From: Strigamia acuminata
Lineage: Eukaryota
Assembly: GCA_949358305.1 (NCBI GenBank)
Contig: OX442314.1
Location: forward strand, 24,738,001 to 24,802,000
Direction of reading: 5' to 3'
Length of the DNA: 64,000 bases
Shown here: one piece after another, positions 36,523 to 50,640 of the stretch
Layout: each line of letters begins with the position of its first letter
Numbering within the stretch: the first letter of the stretch is position 1
The notes under the pieces: model-generated
What the model was told of the DNA's origin: nothing
What the model saw: only the letters and a program-made list of their open reading frames with translations
The model's database searches: none
Translations under genes and position numbers: made by a program

Positions 36523-39011
36523 TATTTGTGCCATGTTATTTAAACTCTAAGCGCATTCAATCGTTCTCTTACCTGCGTGACATTTCTACATCATTTGTTT
36601 TAAAAGTACACACCAAAAAGATAGTTATGCAGAAGGCACATGACACGAGTGGTCTCTTTTCTCACGTATAGATTTGTTTTAGAGGAAAACTGCACTCCGA
36701 GCATGCGTATTACAAGAGAAAAAAAATCCTTCTCTATCTTTTCTGTCTTTAAGAAAAGCAGAATGCACTTCCACTTTTCCCAGCCTGAATATGCACCTAG
36801 TGATAAATCCACTCTAAAACTTGTCACGTCGTGTGTCTAGCACTGCATACAGTGTAATTTGTAGACTTTAAGTTGTGCCGTTGAAAAGCAAGCAGGTTCG
36901 TTGCCAACCATTAAAGGTCCTTTCTTACAAGAGAAAGAGACGTATAGACGCTCAGCAACTCAATATTTTACACCAACTTCTTAATTTAAGCTTAGCTCCA
37001 CCCCTACAATGTTGTTGTAAAAATGTATTGCAGGAAAGTTGAAGTTTCAATGCAATAGAACCTGGTAGTACAGTTGTGTTGACAACAAAACACACGCTCT
37101 AGATAGAGCACAAATCACTTGCAGTGTTGAAATGGTGCGCCAAAAGAACTAGCTTCCTTCCTGATAGCTGTTCATCCGAAAGACAGTTGAATGAACTTGA
37201 CGTGTAAGTTAATGTCGACTCACAAAAGAGAGAATACCAAATGTTGGTCAAGAAGAAACGAGACGGCGTTTAAGGGTGACAGCTACAGGAAGAAGTGCAC
37301 GCGCATTCTTTTACATTCCAAATAAAAGGAAATGCGAATTCCTCTAACCTATACGCTAAACGCTCTTTGTTTGTTATTCATACAATTAATATTTTGCTTC
37401 ATATCTCAGCCAAATTTAACAGTATTTTCGGTTTCGGCGACGCAAAAATGCCAAAACTCTCGCTTTAAGGTATCGACAGCAAGCGGTGTTAAAAAAAAGT
37501 GAAAGTAATCTGCATTCCTCGCAAGCACGTCCGACATTCATCTCTCTCGAGATGGCTCTTTCGCTTCTCATCGAAGAAATGCCTGTACACAGTGTATATC
37601 TTGCATTAGGCTCGATAAGGAAGCCGGAGTCCCTCGCCTTTTAGTCATCGATCACAAACGACAAGTTAATCTGCAAACACGGTTAATATGTCACCTCAAA
37701 CTTGTCGAGCTGTGCGTCGACGTACGAAGACGACTCGACAACGTGATTCGAGGCAAAACCGCACCGGCGCTTACACGAGGCCAGATTCACATGACAAGTG
37801 CCTTAATTTGTTTTTCTTCGCCGGTCGCTAACCGAGGAATTATTAGGCGTCTGAGTATACATTTGCCTGCTCACTTTGTGCGCGTGTCTAGGCCAAAGCG
37901 GCTTAAATGTTGCGTTGAAACCGCAAAGCCGATATTAAATGTGCCCTAATTATAAAGTCACTTGGCCCCTTTTGCACTTGTCAGCTTAAATTATAAGCAT
38001 AACTTAGTTCAAACTACTTTTGCCTGCTGCTGCCAAAAATCATCCTACAGTTATGGATATAAGAAAAATGAAGAGAGAGAAAGCGCAAAGGGCAAATTGG
38101 CAAATTTCTATTTTTTTAAACATATTTTTTTAATTTATTTCTTTTCATTATTATTTTTTTTTTAGAAAAGTGCGGGAAGAAATAGAAAGCATTTGTTCGG
38201 AAATGTGGGGTGGGGTAGTCGTTTCCAATATAGATCATACGCACGGAACAGGACAGCAGTCAAAGTACAGAATGGAGCACTGCCCTATTTGCACTGTGCG
38301 GCGGAATATTGAATTTTCTTTTTGTTCGAGTGAAAGAGAGGCGTAAATTCAATTTTCTCCAGGCTAATATTATTTCGTTTTATTGCGTATGCCAATGTTA
38401 GTAAATGCTGCTTATTACGCGTAATTTGTCCAGGCTTTGGCTCGCTATAATTCAAATCGTTTTCACTGAATGGGACGCATTTTTAAAGTTGAGGAAAAAT
38501 GAAAAATTAAATAACTCGACTAATTGACCATTGCATTTTCCACATTTTCAAAACAAACTTTATAATAATCCATTCGCTTTCCAACTACTGCCCATCAAAA
38601 CAGTAAGACTTCACTGCAATGCTTTCTTTTTATTGCTTTAGTTTCCACAGTAGTAAAAGCATTAGGATTTCTCGGCTTCTAGTAAATCAATAATTTTGAA
38701 TTTTCTTTATCTCTCGGTTTAAAAGTTTAATTAATTCACAATAGGTGCGTCCAATCCTAAGAGGATACGTGACTGATTCTCCTTAAAAGGCACAAGTGTC
38801 GAAAATTTCACCACGACTCTTAAAGTCATGCTGCGCGCATCATTTCCTAATTCCAGCAATTATTTAGCTAAAATAAAGCAAATAAGCAACAATAAACTCA
38901 TTAAAAAAATAATTTAGAGTGTGTTATTGCTAATTTATTTAAAACAAAAAAATATGTCAAGTCCATTCCTTTATTTTAAGTCCATTGTGTATAATGAGTT
39001 TCAACGAATTA

Positions 39012-39437
39012 GGGGCCGTCCATAAATTACGTAACGCTAATTTTTGGATTTTTAGACCCCTTTCTCCCCCCCTGTAACAAGGTCGCAACAAATCCACAAA
39101 CCCCTCCCCCCTCCAGAAAATTACGTAACAAAACTAACCAACCTCCCCCCCCAATTTTGATATTAAATACAAATTTAGTACTTTTCAATTTTTTTTTAAA
39201 AAAATGACTATTTTAAAATTTTATACATTTTCACACTTGAATAATTTGACTTTAAACTTCATCTTCCCAAGGAAGAAAAAGAATAATAAATCATGAAGCA
39301 ATTATTTAAGTTAAATTTTCAAATTATCAATAAGTTACTAACATTATTGCAAACTCCTCTCTCCTGTCGTAACAACCCCTAACAAAATTTGAAATCCCCT
39401 CCCCCCATAAAGCGTTACGTAATTTATGGACGGCCCC
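39012..39437. mobile_element. PIF/Harbinger MITE
   Basis: Perfect TIR GGGGCCGTCCATAAATTACGTAACGCT, TTA TSD on both sides. Confidence 0.92.
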
Positions 39438-42400
39438 TTAGTTCTGTTTGCATGTTCTCAACTCCCTGCAAACCTAACCTTATCGGTTTTCTTAAAAGTG
39501 AAAAACCGCAAGCCTAACTAATTGGAACTAAACTGCAAATAAAGTTTATCTTCAGACAATTGTTTATGAGGCATTACATTATTACACGGAATAAACACGC
39601 CGACGCCATCTCGGGTTATTTCCACAAACTCGTGAAAAAAATCAACAAGACTAACAATAAAGAAGAATTTTAATACCGGTATGCATATTAATATTAATCT
39701 TAATATCCATGCACTTAATCCGAAAAGTAGCCAGCCCTGATCTCGGTGTCGAGATTCCACATCCGTCCACCGGTTTCGAAGGAGATAATAAGGTCGCAGA
39801 CAAACAAACTCCTCACGATTAATATCCTGGCGTGCCTACAATAGGGGGTTTCATTAAATGAGCGATTAGTTGATTACTTTGATTACGTCAAATATTTCTG
39901 GTTTTACATTTGTTTGTTTTTTTAACATGAAATAGGGGGTCAATAAATAGAATCCTTTGAATTTAGCATCAACATACCAGGTGCGAACTGTAGTTCTCGA
40001 CTGAACTGGGCTCAGGATGCAACAATCTATCGACAGCCATTTTAGAAATGATCCAAATTTATCAATGCGCACATGGATTGGTTGTCAAATTGATGAGTTC
40101 ATTCATAAGTGACTTATGGAAGAGGAAGGAAACGAGAAGTGACGACTTCTTTTACATATTGAACGCACCTGTCCAACACACGTCCAACAGCGTTAGACAA
40201 TTTTGAAAATTCAGTTTGTTTAAGAGTCATTCTGTTGTAAATGTTTGATATTAAACTAAGCACCCCTGAAGACTAGACCACACCAGGTCAGACTTTGTGA
40301 GCACTAATAAAGCCAAAAACTGATTTATATTAATGCATCTAGTCCAACATGTCCACTGTGCAACTTAATTCTCCTCATACATTCATTGTTGGCCCAGATG
40401 TAGCTCATTGTCCTTTTAAAATTTTCATACATTAAGCTTTCAACATAATTCAACAAACCAGGCAACAAATTGATTTTTAAAACTGCTATTTCTTAAGAAA
40501 AATAAAGAAATAAACATCACATTTAAAAAAAAAACAGATCCAGATTATGAAAATTTCTATTTATTTCATCTTGATTCAACTCATCAATCATCCATTTTAA
40601 TAATCTCTATTGAATAAATTTGAAAACTAATTAGAATTTTTCTCTTTTTTACTCAAAAACATCAAATTTAATTTATTAAATTTTCATAAAAATCAACCAC
40701 TTTAAGACATAAAAACTCACTTTGTCATCCTTTATTCTAAGCAGTATGCATATCTGAAACATCATCTGATAAGGCGACCTTTATAATTTAGTTTTATAAA
40801 TAAAAAAGCAAAGAAAAGAAACTACTAAACAAAAGCTTAAATGTAACGTTAAAGCTGAACTTCCTAAAGCTGCTACACTAAACAATACACAGGATGCACT
40901 AGCCTGATTCGCAAACTATTTACACAATCTGCGTATCAAATCGCACGTGTTAACAATGTCTGTGTTCGTAAACAATATGTATAACATCAACAGTTGGTTG
41001 TAAACTTATCTGCAAAACTCATCTGTGCAAATCTTTTGTTTCCAAACGCTTCGGTATCACAGATGAGATGTAACAATAACAACTGCTAAATGTGTGCAAG
41101 TTCTGAGCATCCAAGATAACTGCAACCAAAGTGCAAACACATTGCCAAAAATGTAATGGGATGATCATACATTTAACATTGCAATGTTCGCAAATTCCCA
41201 GATAGAAGCACATAACAAAACTACGCCGTATCTTACCAAAGTTGAACACAAAAACTGCTGAATATTTTATTCCACGCTTTACAAAGAACAATGGCAAAAC
41301 GAGCGGGCTAAATGTATCAATGCGTCATTTCACAAGTCAACACCACAATCATCGTATAACAACTTATTCACGGAATCGTGACCTAAAACCATTACTGCCC
41401 ACGATAAAATCACTCCTGAATAATCTATATCATTCCGCAGTTGCCACGGAGATGAGGTCTGAAAGCAAACAAAAGGGCTCTACTATCGAGTGCCGCCATG
41501 TTTGAAATCGTACGAGATAGCATTGCGGTCAGTGCTTTAAAACTGAATTTTGATGAGACGCTTTTTTATTTACGCGGATGACCAGAATCGACTTTATTTC
41601 TGACCCAACAGCAGATTTAAGACCCATTAAATCAATACAAATTGTTTCCCATGGATTTGTCACATCGCGAAGTGCATACGGCGATTCTTCGTCCGCTTAG
41701 GTTTATATTGTTGGCAATGAGTACAACTACGGACATAACTGCGCGTATCGTGACTCAGTTTTAGAGTCTATCTAACCAAATTACTATTTAATTTTACGTG
41801 AGATACATATGCTATTTCTACACCCATTAACCATCGTGATGTTCGCTCAAGATTATAATAATCACACAACTTTACCACAACAACGAATCGCATTTAAAAA
41901 CTTCCCAACATGTTGAAACAACTTTCCGAACCCAGCAAATCAAACATGAAACAAGCAACAAAAAGAGTGTACAAAGCCTCAAATATTTGCAACTCCTGGG
42001 GTTTGCAGTTGGGAGTTCCCAAAGGAATAACATGGGAAGAAGCCAATTTTCAAACTCCTAATGTTGAAATCAATTGGCCTTGATAAAGGTATATAAGATC
42101 CAAAGAAGAGTGAAAGCAAAGTTGAAACGAGTAGTCGAAATGGTGTGGTTGAGTTGAGTCAAGTCCCCCTCAAGAGTGCTTGATGAAACGGAAACGAGGG
42201 ATCGGTTTTAATTCGATCGATGAGGAAACGTAGTGAGCCATTTAAAGTGTGGACAGTGTTTTGATGCTAAGCAGGTGAATGCTGATGCATCTCGCATTTA
42301 GGACCGAGACGCATCCCCTCGAGGGCTGTTGGAGAGTGCTGCGCGCTCCACTTTATGGACCATTTACTAGAGTCCAGTTGCGGATGTCACGAGTTCCGAG

Positions 42401-43728
42401 ACGACGGCCCGGTATAGCTCGCACCTGCACGCATCTTGTTGCCGGCTCGTTGCATCCGATGGATGGCTGCCATTAAGACGAGGCTTGGATTAAAGGATAA
42501 ACGCCCCAGAAATTGAAAATATAAGCCGCCTACTTCAATTTTTTTTTCTATTTTTACCATTTTTAAATCACTGCAACTTTTTTTCTCTCTCTCTCTATAT
42601 ATATATTTTTTTACAACTCAAAAAAAAAAAAAAAAAAATTGAAAGAAAGAAATAAAAAAAAAAAAAAAAAAAAAAAAGTCGTTTTCTTTTATTTCCTTTT
42701 CTTTAAAAAACCCGTCGACGGTTCGAAATTTATCCATAGGGAATTGGCCATTCGCAACACTTTCACGTGGCATTAATATCTTTCTTCGTCGACTCTCATT
42801 ATTTTCGGTTGCCATTTCATTTTGCAAAAATTAATTAAGTTTCTTACATCTTCGCGCCCATGTGTACGACTGTGTAATAAGGTGGTGTATGGTATTGTAC
42901 ACAGTCGGTTTAATTAAATATCGTAGGAAGAGGAGCACAGAGAAGAGAGCTTTCCACATCCAAGTGTCAGCGCGTATTTAGAACAGAACTAGATCGCTCT
43001 CTTTGGAATTTTAAACATAAATTGGCATCTCGACGGATCATCTTTTGCACTAACTTTCCCCCTTCCCTTCCCCATCTCGTCTCCGTGCTTTAAACTACGC
43101 AAACCAAATTGTCGATTTCGCGAGCAAAACATACGTGCAAATTGGACGGCGGCGGTGCTTTACGCGCTCTCATTTCTCCTATCTGCACTTGCCATTAAGC
43201 GTAATGTAAATAACAAAACTAAATTCATTCTTTCAAGCTTTAGACTTAATAATATGCAATATTATCTTCTTGGGCAGCATCGGTGTTTGTCCTGGTTATT
43301 TCCTCTGCCTGAAAGGTCAAGAAACCGCAATTGGAATAGGTTTAGTGCTAAAAGAACTTGATTGCTTGTTTATTTGCAGCACTCCACAAATATTCGCGGT
43401 TAGTATGAACATAACTGTCAAGGCAAGAGCAAAGTGTTATCTAGTGACCATTCGCATTGTTTTGACCACAAAGGAATGTTGCTTTTTGGCTAGAACCATC
43501 AAATAAAATCATTAAAGTTTTTTTGTGCGGTTCTAGACTAGTCCCTCGGCACTTATTGTCAGGAGGAAAGAAATCACGTTTTGTTAGTCGCAGGGGACTG
43601 CATAAGCTCAAGATGTTTACAGGAACCTCGTTTCTCACCATTGAAGAATGAGTGAAATGAGCCATCTAGGTGCTTCTGTTTTGTGCTTTTTGATTGGTTT
43701 ATGGCTGTTTTTGGTGTCCATTCTATGT

Positions 43729-44062
43729 AAAAATTGTTTTTTTAACGTTAAAATTGCTTTTTAGCGTAAAAATTGTTTTTTTTTAGTGTAAAAATAGCTT
43801 TTTTTAACGTAAAAATTGCTTTTTAACGTAAAACTTGCTTTTTTTAACGTAAAAATTGCTTTTTTAACGTAAAAATTACTTTTTTAACGTAAAAATTGCT
43901 TTCTTAACGTAAAAATTACTTCTAACGAAACATTTTGCTTTCTTAACGTAAACATTGCTTTTTTAACGTAAAAATTGCTTTTTAACGTAAAAATTGCTTT
44001 TTTAACGTAAAAATTGCTTTTTACAATGTGAAAATTCCTTTTTACCGTAAAAATTGCGTTTT
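43729..44062. repeat. Minisatellite, ~20-21 bp unit
   Basis: Tandem TTTTTTAACGTAAAAATTGC. Confidence 0.92.
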
Positions 44063-47000
44063 ATTCGGCGCCAAAGTTCCGGTTTTCAATTTTATACATA
44101 TTCAATATAAAATGGCTAATTGGTAAAAAGGAAAAACTACCAAATGGAAAATTCCCAGACAACTGTAAACAACAATTTGGCAACAACGACAAAAAAAAAA
44201 ATCTGCATTAAAAAGAAAAACCACTCGTTTGGAATAGCACATTTCGGAGAAATTAGATTTCCCACATTGTGCGAGCACAAGCAGGTCTTGATTTTGAATT
44301 TGCCATCACACTAAAATCACACGACTCAAAAATCCCCGTGCATGCAACCTCTAATTTTCTGGAAAATTTTGCGGAAACAGCTTTCACTATCGTTATATCT
44401 CCTGGCGTGTAAACACAGCATGGTAATGTTGGTTGAAGTCTCAACGTCAATTTACCAAAAAACAGCTCGCGATTTTTCATCCCTCCTCCGCTTAATCAAC
44501 AGATCAATAAATTAATCAAAACAAAAACCCTTATTATATATCACAACAATTTAATTCAATATCCCTTAACAAACCAACATCTCAGTTGACGTTGCAAATC
44601 GCATCACGAAGATAATTTCACAAAAAAAAAAACTACTGAATTTGGCCACATTTCCAGTCCTTTTTGGCCCAATTACAGTCCAATTTGGCCACATTTTCCA
44701 CTAAATAAACAGCTAAAACGGCCATTCTATTCATTTGTTCACCAAACAAACCCCCTAAATCGCTGTTATTCTAATTGATTGTCGTGGCAATCGCTTCCAT
44801 TGCCTTTCATCACGTTATAATTGCAGCGTGCGTGCCGCCACCCACCGCCTACATTATTACCCGTGATTTAAAGTCAAAAACCATACAGGCTTAATTAATT
44901 TAGATTTAAGTGAACACAACCTGTTTTGTTTCATAAAATTCTTCTTATCACTCATCCAGCTTCAGACATTTCCCATACAAAAATGCAATCTCGTGTTTTC
45001 TTTCCCCGCACAACTTTCACCTTTAACAACACATTTATTTGACGCAATTACGAAATATATTTAAACAAAAAAATTAATTAAAATTGTCGGTATATTTTTT
45101 TTCCTACACTAAAATCCCCAACACAATTAATTCATTTTTCTAATCATTCTAATCCTTCCACCGCAAGAAAAAAGAAAAGAAAAAAAAAACCCCACATGGC
45201 TTTAAACTCGACCTGGAATTACAACTTTATAGCGGGCGCCATTTAACCTCTGAACAGCTGCATCGACCAATACGTGGACCTTGATTGCACCACATGCCAT
45301 TGGAATTCCGCACTTTATTGCCTCGCACTGAGTTCCTTATTCAACTCCTTGAGCGCAATGCGCGTGCACCCAAGTAAACTTCGGCCATTTACTCCGGTTT
45401 CGATTCCGCGTGCAGATTAAAACTCGGTGCCGGCGCCATTAGCCAGAAATGTACGTACGCTGCAACAGGATGGGACGGATGCGCTTCCTGTGCGTCGCCG
45501 CACATGATGTACGACCTTTCACCGAGGCACGTTTAGTTTTGAGGTAGAAGTCGTTCGAAGTGGTATAACTCATGTTCTTCGTCGAGATACGAGACCTCAG
45601 CTCCCGCACAGCCTTGCCCTATCGTCAGCAGTTACGATGACACTCATGGCCCATCCACTCCTATTTATTGTAATTTCAAACTGGAAAGCAGCCAGAGGAT
45701 CCAGGATGACATCAACGACTTATTACCCAATTGATATAAAAAAAATAATGTATACACTCTAATAAATGTCTGATCATTTGCTGCTCAGCGCATTTACATG
45801 CTCATTAGGAAAACACGCGCTACGTGATTTGCATTAGACTTCCCATACCTGATCATCTGAACGGTTGTCTACATCTCCTTTCCTAAATTAGACATTTTAT
45901 TATTTTTCCTTCTTCTAGACGTCTGCAACCGGGAGAAAATGACGTCGTTCTAACCCAAACTAACATGTCCTGACTCATCCTGAGTATGGCAATAGACCCT
46001 TTGTGTCTTGAAATAAGATCGCACTTATTTATTCCTTGACAGCAAACTTCACCAGTGGCCAGTCTCTCAGTCACACAAGGTGCGTTTCATAATTATAAAT
46101 CCACCCACAAATTTTGTGTTGCAGCCAAATATTTTTTCCAACAATAAAATTCTTTATACTGTTTGATTATAACATGTGATTTTACAAGATTTTAAGAAGT
46201 TTTCGTTAAAAGAAAATTTTTTTTTATATTGTTATAGCAAAAATGTGATTTTTAGGTGTTGTGGAACAGGAAGTGACGTCCAGCACTCGTTTCCATCGTT
46301 TTTACAAACTCCGCCACCTGGTGATCAGCCATCCATTACTTCAAATATTGGATCAATCAACGAGTTCCAACTTAATCACACTTTCAATACATGACACTTG
46401 AAACAATACAGCATGAAAATTCCGTTGTAAAGCTAAGTACACATGACCTGATTCTGTGCACCGAATGGTCACTTTCCGTGAGCGGCCAGAAGTTTTGGTC
46501 GAATTGGTACACATAGTTCCGCTTACCACACGCGGAAACTTTCGAAATTCTATTCTTTCTGGCAGTGATGGTGCATGAACAAATTCTGAGTATCCAGAAT
46601 GCATTGTGGTAATGCGACCGATCGTGACCGGCCGTACATAAGTTGGAGGTGGATACTGAACACAAAGACAGATAATACTAAAAATGTTTGATTAATTTAT
46701 TTTATAATTAATTATTAAGTATTAATTTAAAAATACTGTAATCCATTTATCCACAATCAAACTACAATATTTTGTGAAAGTGGTCGCCATTTGTAATTAC
46801 AACACGTGCACGGATTGTGTGTACCAAACAAATTCCGCACACAGAAAGACACAGCCAAACGCACAGGCGGAATCATTTCGTTTGTGGCGGGAAAAGCTGA
46901 AAATTTAGACTCTGGATATTCAGAGATAGAAAAATGAACCTATATACTCTTAACGAGGTCTCTTCATTTCGACGCCATTTTTTGGCAACGAAATGCTTGT

Positions 47001-47298
47001 TAAATTATCTTTTTTCACTCTTTCGCTTTGTGTGTCAATTAAGGCGTGTTGAGCACAAACTGAGTAGGACTCTTGCCCTTCTGTATTAACAATTGCGTTA
47101 AAAGCCCGAGTTGACCAAGGCAACGTAAATGATCAATGACGAAATGATTGCAGTTCACTTTTTACCTATCAATAGACAATTACTTTTTACTTTTCGTTAG
47201 AGTAGCTAAGCAACGAGGTTTAACAGCTCTTAAAGACACAAATGCTGGACCAATTCTTACCTCAAGTAAATTTAATTGTAAGAGAAAAATTGTATATA

Positions 47299-47918
47299 CA
47301 GGGTGTCTCAAAGAAGTGTGTACATATTTAAATTAAGTGTATATTAATCATTGGGTGTGGTCAGTATTGTTTAATTAATGTTTCTGGGTTTTTTTTTTCG
47401 TTCTTTCTCTTTGTCTTTAGTTATTGACAATCCGAGATTTCGTTCTCGAAATATTTTAGTTTTTCATTATTTTTTGTTTGATTAGTACTTTTGAATTTCT
47501 TCTATTGTGGTTTTCTTCAGTGGTATCAATATGAGATTGCGCGAGATTTTGTAAGATTCTGTGAGATTTTAACTAAAAGAATAGTACCAAAAAAGTGGCA
47601 CAGTATCGCTATCACAAAATGCAGTACTTTTTAAAAAAAATACCGTGTACTGGTACCGATACCGCGAAGAAATCTGCAAAAGTACTATAAAATCTGAAAT
47701 CCAGGAATGACTGAGCAATCAAAAATGGTGAATTAGAGCAAAAAAATTAATGAAAAACGAAAATATCTCGAGAAAGAGAGCTCAAATTGTCAAAAACTAA
47801 ACACCAAAAGAAAAAACAAAAAAACTACACCAGAAACATTAATTAAACAACACTGCCCACAGCTAATGATTAATATAATTTTAATTTAAAAGTGTATACA
47901 TTTTTTTGAGACACCCTG
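47299..47918. mobile_element. Tc1/mariner MITE with long imperfect TIRs
   Basis: TA|CAGGGTGTCTCAAA ... TTTGAGACACCCTG|TA, inverted similarity extending over roughly 170 bp. A partial right-end relative lies at ~23980-24052. Confidence 0.88.
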
Positions 47919-49715
47919 TATTGAAAAAAAACACCGCACGAATACCTGCACCGTTATATTCCGCTATGAAACTGCATTGTAAAAGTCATTTACTCTAATT
48001 TGTCAGATTTAAAGAAATTTTTTTTTAAAAAATTCATAAATTGCTAAGGAAAGTCTATTTGAAAATGAAAAAATCTATATTTTAAAATTTTTTAAAAAAA
48101 AAAAGAGAAAGAAAATTCCTTGAAACTTTTAAGTTTGAATTACTTTTATAGCTTATTGAAAGTAGAAAACTGAATGGCTGCACCTTAACCAAGGGTATCT
48201 GGCACTCACCAGATGCACTTGCTTTGTCTCATTACCTCAGCTCATTTTCTGTGCTCATCTGCTGCAAAGATCGTGGGTTATGCGTGACATTAAGGACCCA
48301 TTCCATTTTTTCCAAATTATTTAAAGAAACCATTTAGGACTAAAGGCTAGCTACCCTTCTGACACGTTTCGCCACAATGCTCCAACTTATACACACTTAT
48401 ATGCAGAGAAAATGACCATCTTCTTGCTACAAAACTCACAAATGAAAACGGAAATGACCAAAGAAAATGGAAATACTCACGCCCATCCACCTCAATAAAG
48501 GCAAAACACACTTCATACCGACCAAGTGGGGGGTCACTCATTTAAAGATGCTGCAAACCACATTTATCTAGGTAAAGAGGAACTCGAGATAAAATGATAA
48601 AATTCAGAGAATCCTCTCCTCCTTAATCCCGTATAATTCTCTAAGCCTACTCATGAAAAACGTGAGCAAATTTTTCTTCTCGAGATTTTCTTCTGACACG
48701 ACCACTTAAAAGCTGAGTTTTCTTTTTTTCATCACGAGATCGAAATATATAAGCAGTAAAAATAATTTATTCGCTCGATACACCCCATTAATACGGTTAA
48801 AAAATAAATAACTAACATTAATCTCATCATAAATGCACTTGAAGCGTTCCCGTTGAATCAATAAAGTTAAGTAAGAGATAAAGCCGCCACTATCAACTTG
48901 GAATACAACATGAGGCAGTTACAATTTTGTTATGGAAAACTTTATTCTATTTAAAGGGAACATTCACCCACAGAATGAAAAATGACAATTTTTTATTTCT
49001 ATTTTAACAACATTTCGCAAGACCGGATTCCATCACCGATGATAACATAATCTATTGTTAAAAATGAAATGTTTGACATAATAGGTGACAACTACAGAAC
49101 AGTGACACCTACATTTACTCATCGCTTTTGGGCTAAATTGTTTCATCATTGCTAATGGAATTGTGCAATGTCTCCAAGGCCGTCATTATATCTATTTGGC
49201 GTGTAATAAAATACACAATCACGAAGAAAAAGATTGGAAAGACATTCCGTAAAGGCTCCCATCGGAGTATAGGATGCTAATTGAATGTGGTATCCTTTAC
49301 AACGCAAGCATACGTACACGTACACTTGGCTAGTCAAATTTGACTGGGTGTCAGGTCTCGGGTTAGACCATAAGTAGAGGTCAAGCCCTCCACCTGGTAT
49401 TTTTCTTTAAAGTACTAGTAAATATTTTAATTGGACAAGCCTATAGTTAACAACATTTATTGCCTAAGCTGTAATATAATTGATACGTACATGTTACGAA
49501 TCGTTAAAAAAAAAGACATAAATCGCCGTTTTTTTTCGGAAAAATGGCGATTTATGCATTTATTTTCTCATTTTCGGAAAAAATGCATTTATAGCCAATT
49601 TCAATTTTTATTGAATAAAAATAATTCCTACGCATTTATGCATTTATCCGGGCCCTAGTGATGATGTTACTTCTTGAAGTGAGAGACTCGGAGCACGTCT
49701 TACTCTATGAGTGGC

Positions 49716-49745
49716 ACTGCCAGATAATTCGAATTATCTGGCAGT
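49716..49745. repeat. Perfect 30-bp palindrome
   Basis: ACTGCCAGATAATTCGAATTATCTGGCAGT. Confidence 0.9.
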
Positions 49746-50277
49746 TCCAGATAAAACACGCTCCAATTTTCCAGCAGAAATTCAATTTTTATGGCATGCC
49801 ATAAAAGGGATCAGCCAATCAGATTTCCAGATCAACCTCGAATTTTAGGTCATGCCCTCCAAAGCCGAGTAATACAATACTTATTTTGCATTATTCTGTT
49901 GCGTTCAATATGTTGGCCCAATGAAGAATCCTTTATTTTTTCTTAAACACCACCTGCTCCTTTTCTACACATTCACGATTCGCTCACATTTAAGTATAAG
50001 TAGTGCAACAAAGGATGAGCATGGTAAGTAGAATACTTGTATGGGGATTTATGCTACGCCAGCTTCAATCCCCAATTGTCCACAGGAAATCAAACCATGA
50101 TGGAAATCGTCGCCAACTGCTCCCACACATACAACAGCAGAAGAAATATTCACCGTTACTAAATCCGATAGCAAGTGGTGGAATGGTGAAATATTCGGAT
50201 AAACACTTCTGAGAATGCACATCAATACAATGATGAGCGTCAGAAATATTTTGTGAAGCCTGCACCCTGCAGGTTAC

Positions 50278-50640
50278 TGACAAGGAGACCATAGGAGTGT
50301 GTAATCCACAATTATTTAAATTTTTTTAATGTAAAAGTATTGTTATTATCTAAACAGTCAATACTTTCTACTACTCATAATTCATAATTCGTAATTCGCT
50401 ATTCATGATGTCACATGTCCAGCAGCCTATCCACCAAGTGTAATGATAAAATTGGCCTTTTTACTCAAAAAATAAAAAAGTAGTGTAATGATAAAATTGG
50501 CCTTTTTACTCAAAAAATAAAAAAGTAGTGTTACAACACACAGTAAAGAATTGTGTGTGTTGTAACTGTTTGTAACAATACTTTATTTTTTTTCAAATTT
50601 AAAAAATTGTGGATTACACACTCCTGTGGTCTCTTTGTGA
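50278..50640. mobile_element. Unclassified TIR element
   Basis: GAGACCATAGGAGTGTGTAATCCACAATT ... AATTGTGGATTACACACTCCTGTGGTCTC. Internal ~45-bp tandem duplication at 50438-50530. No clear TSD. Confidence 0.7.

Noticed and set aside
39866..40072. WYVDAKFKGFYLLTPY resembling a Harbinger transposase motif beside a Harbinger-like TIR
   Set aside because: Single short degenerate motif; not supportable without a profile search.
48951..49300. TTAAAGGGAACATTCACCCA Kolobok-like terminus
   Set aside because: No convincing matching right end or TTAA TSD.
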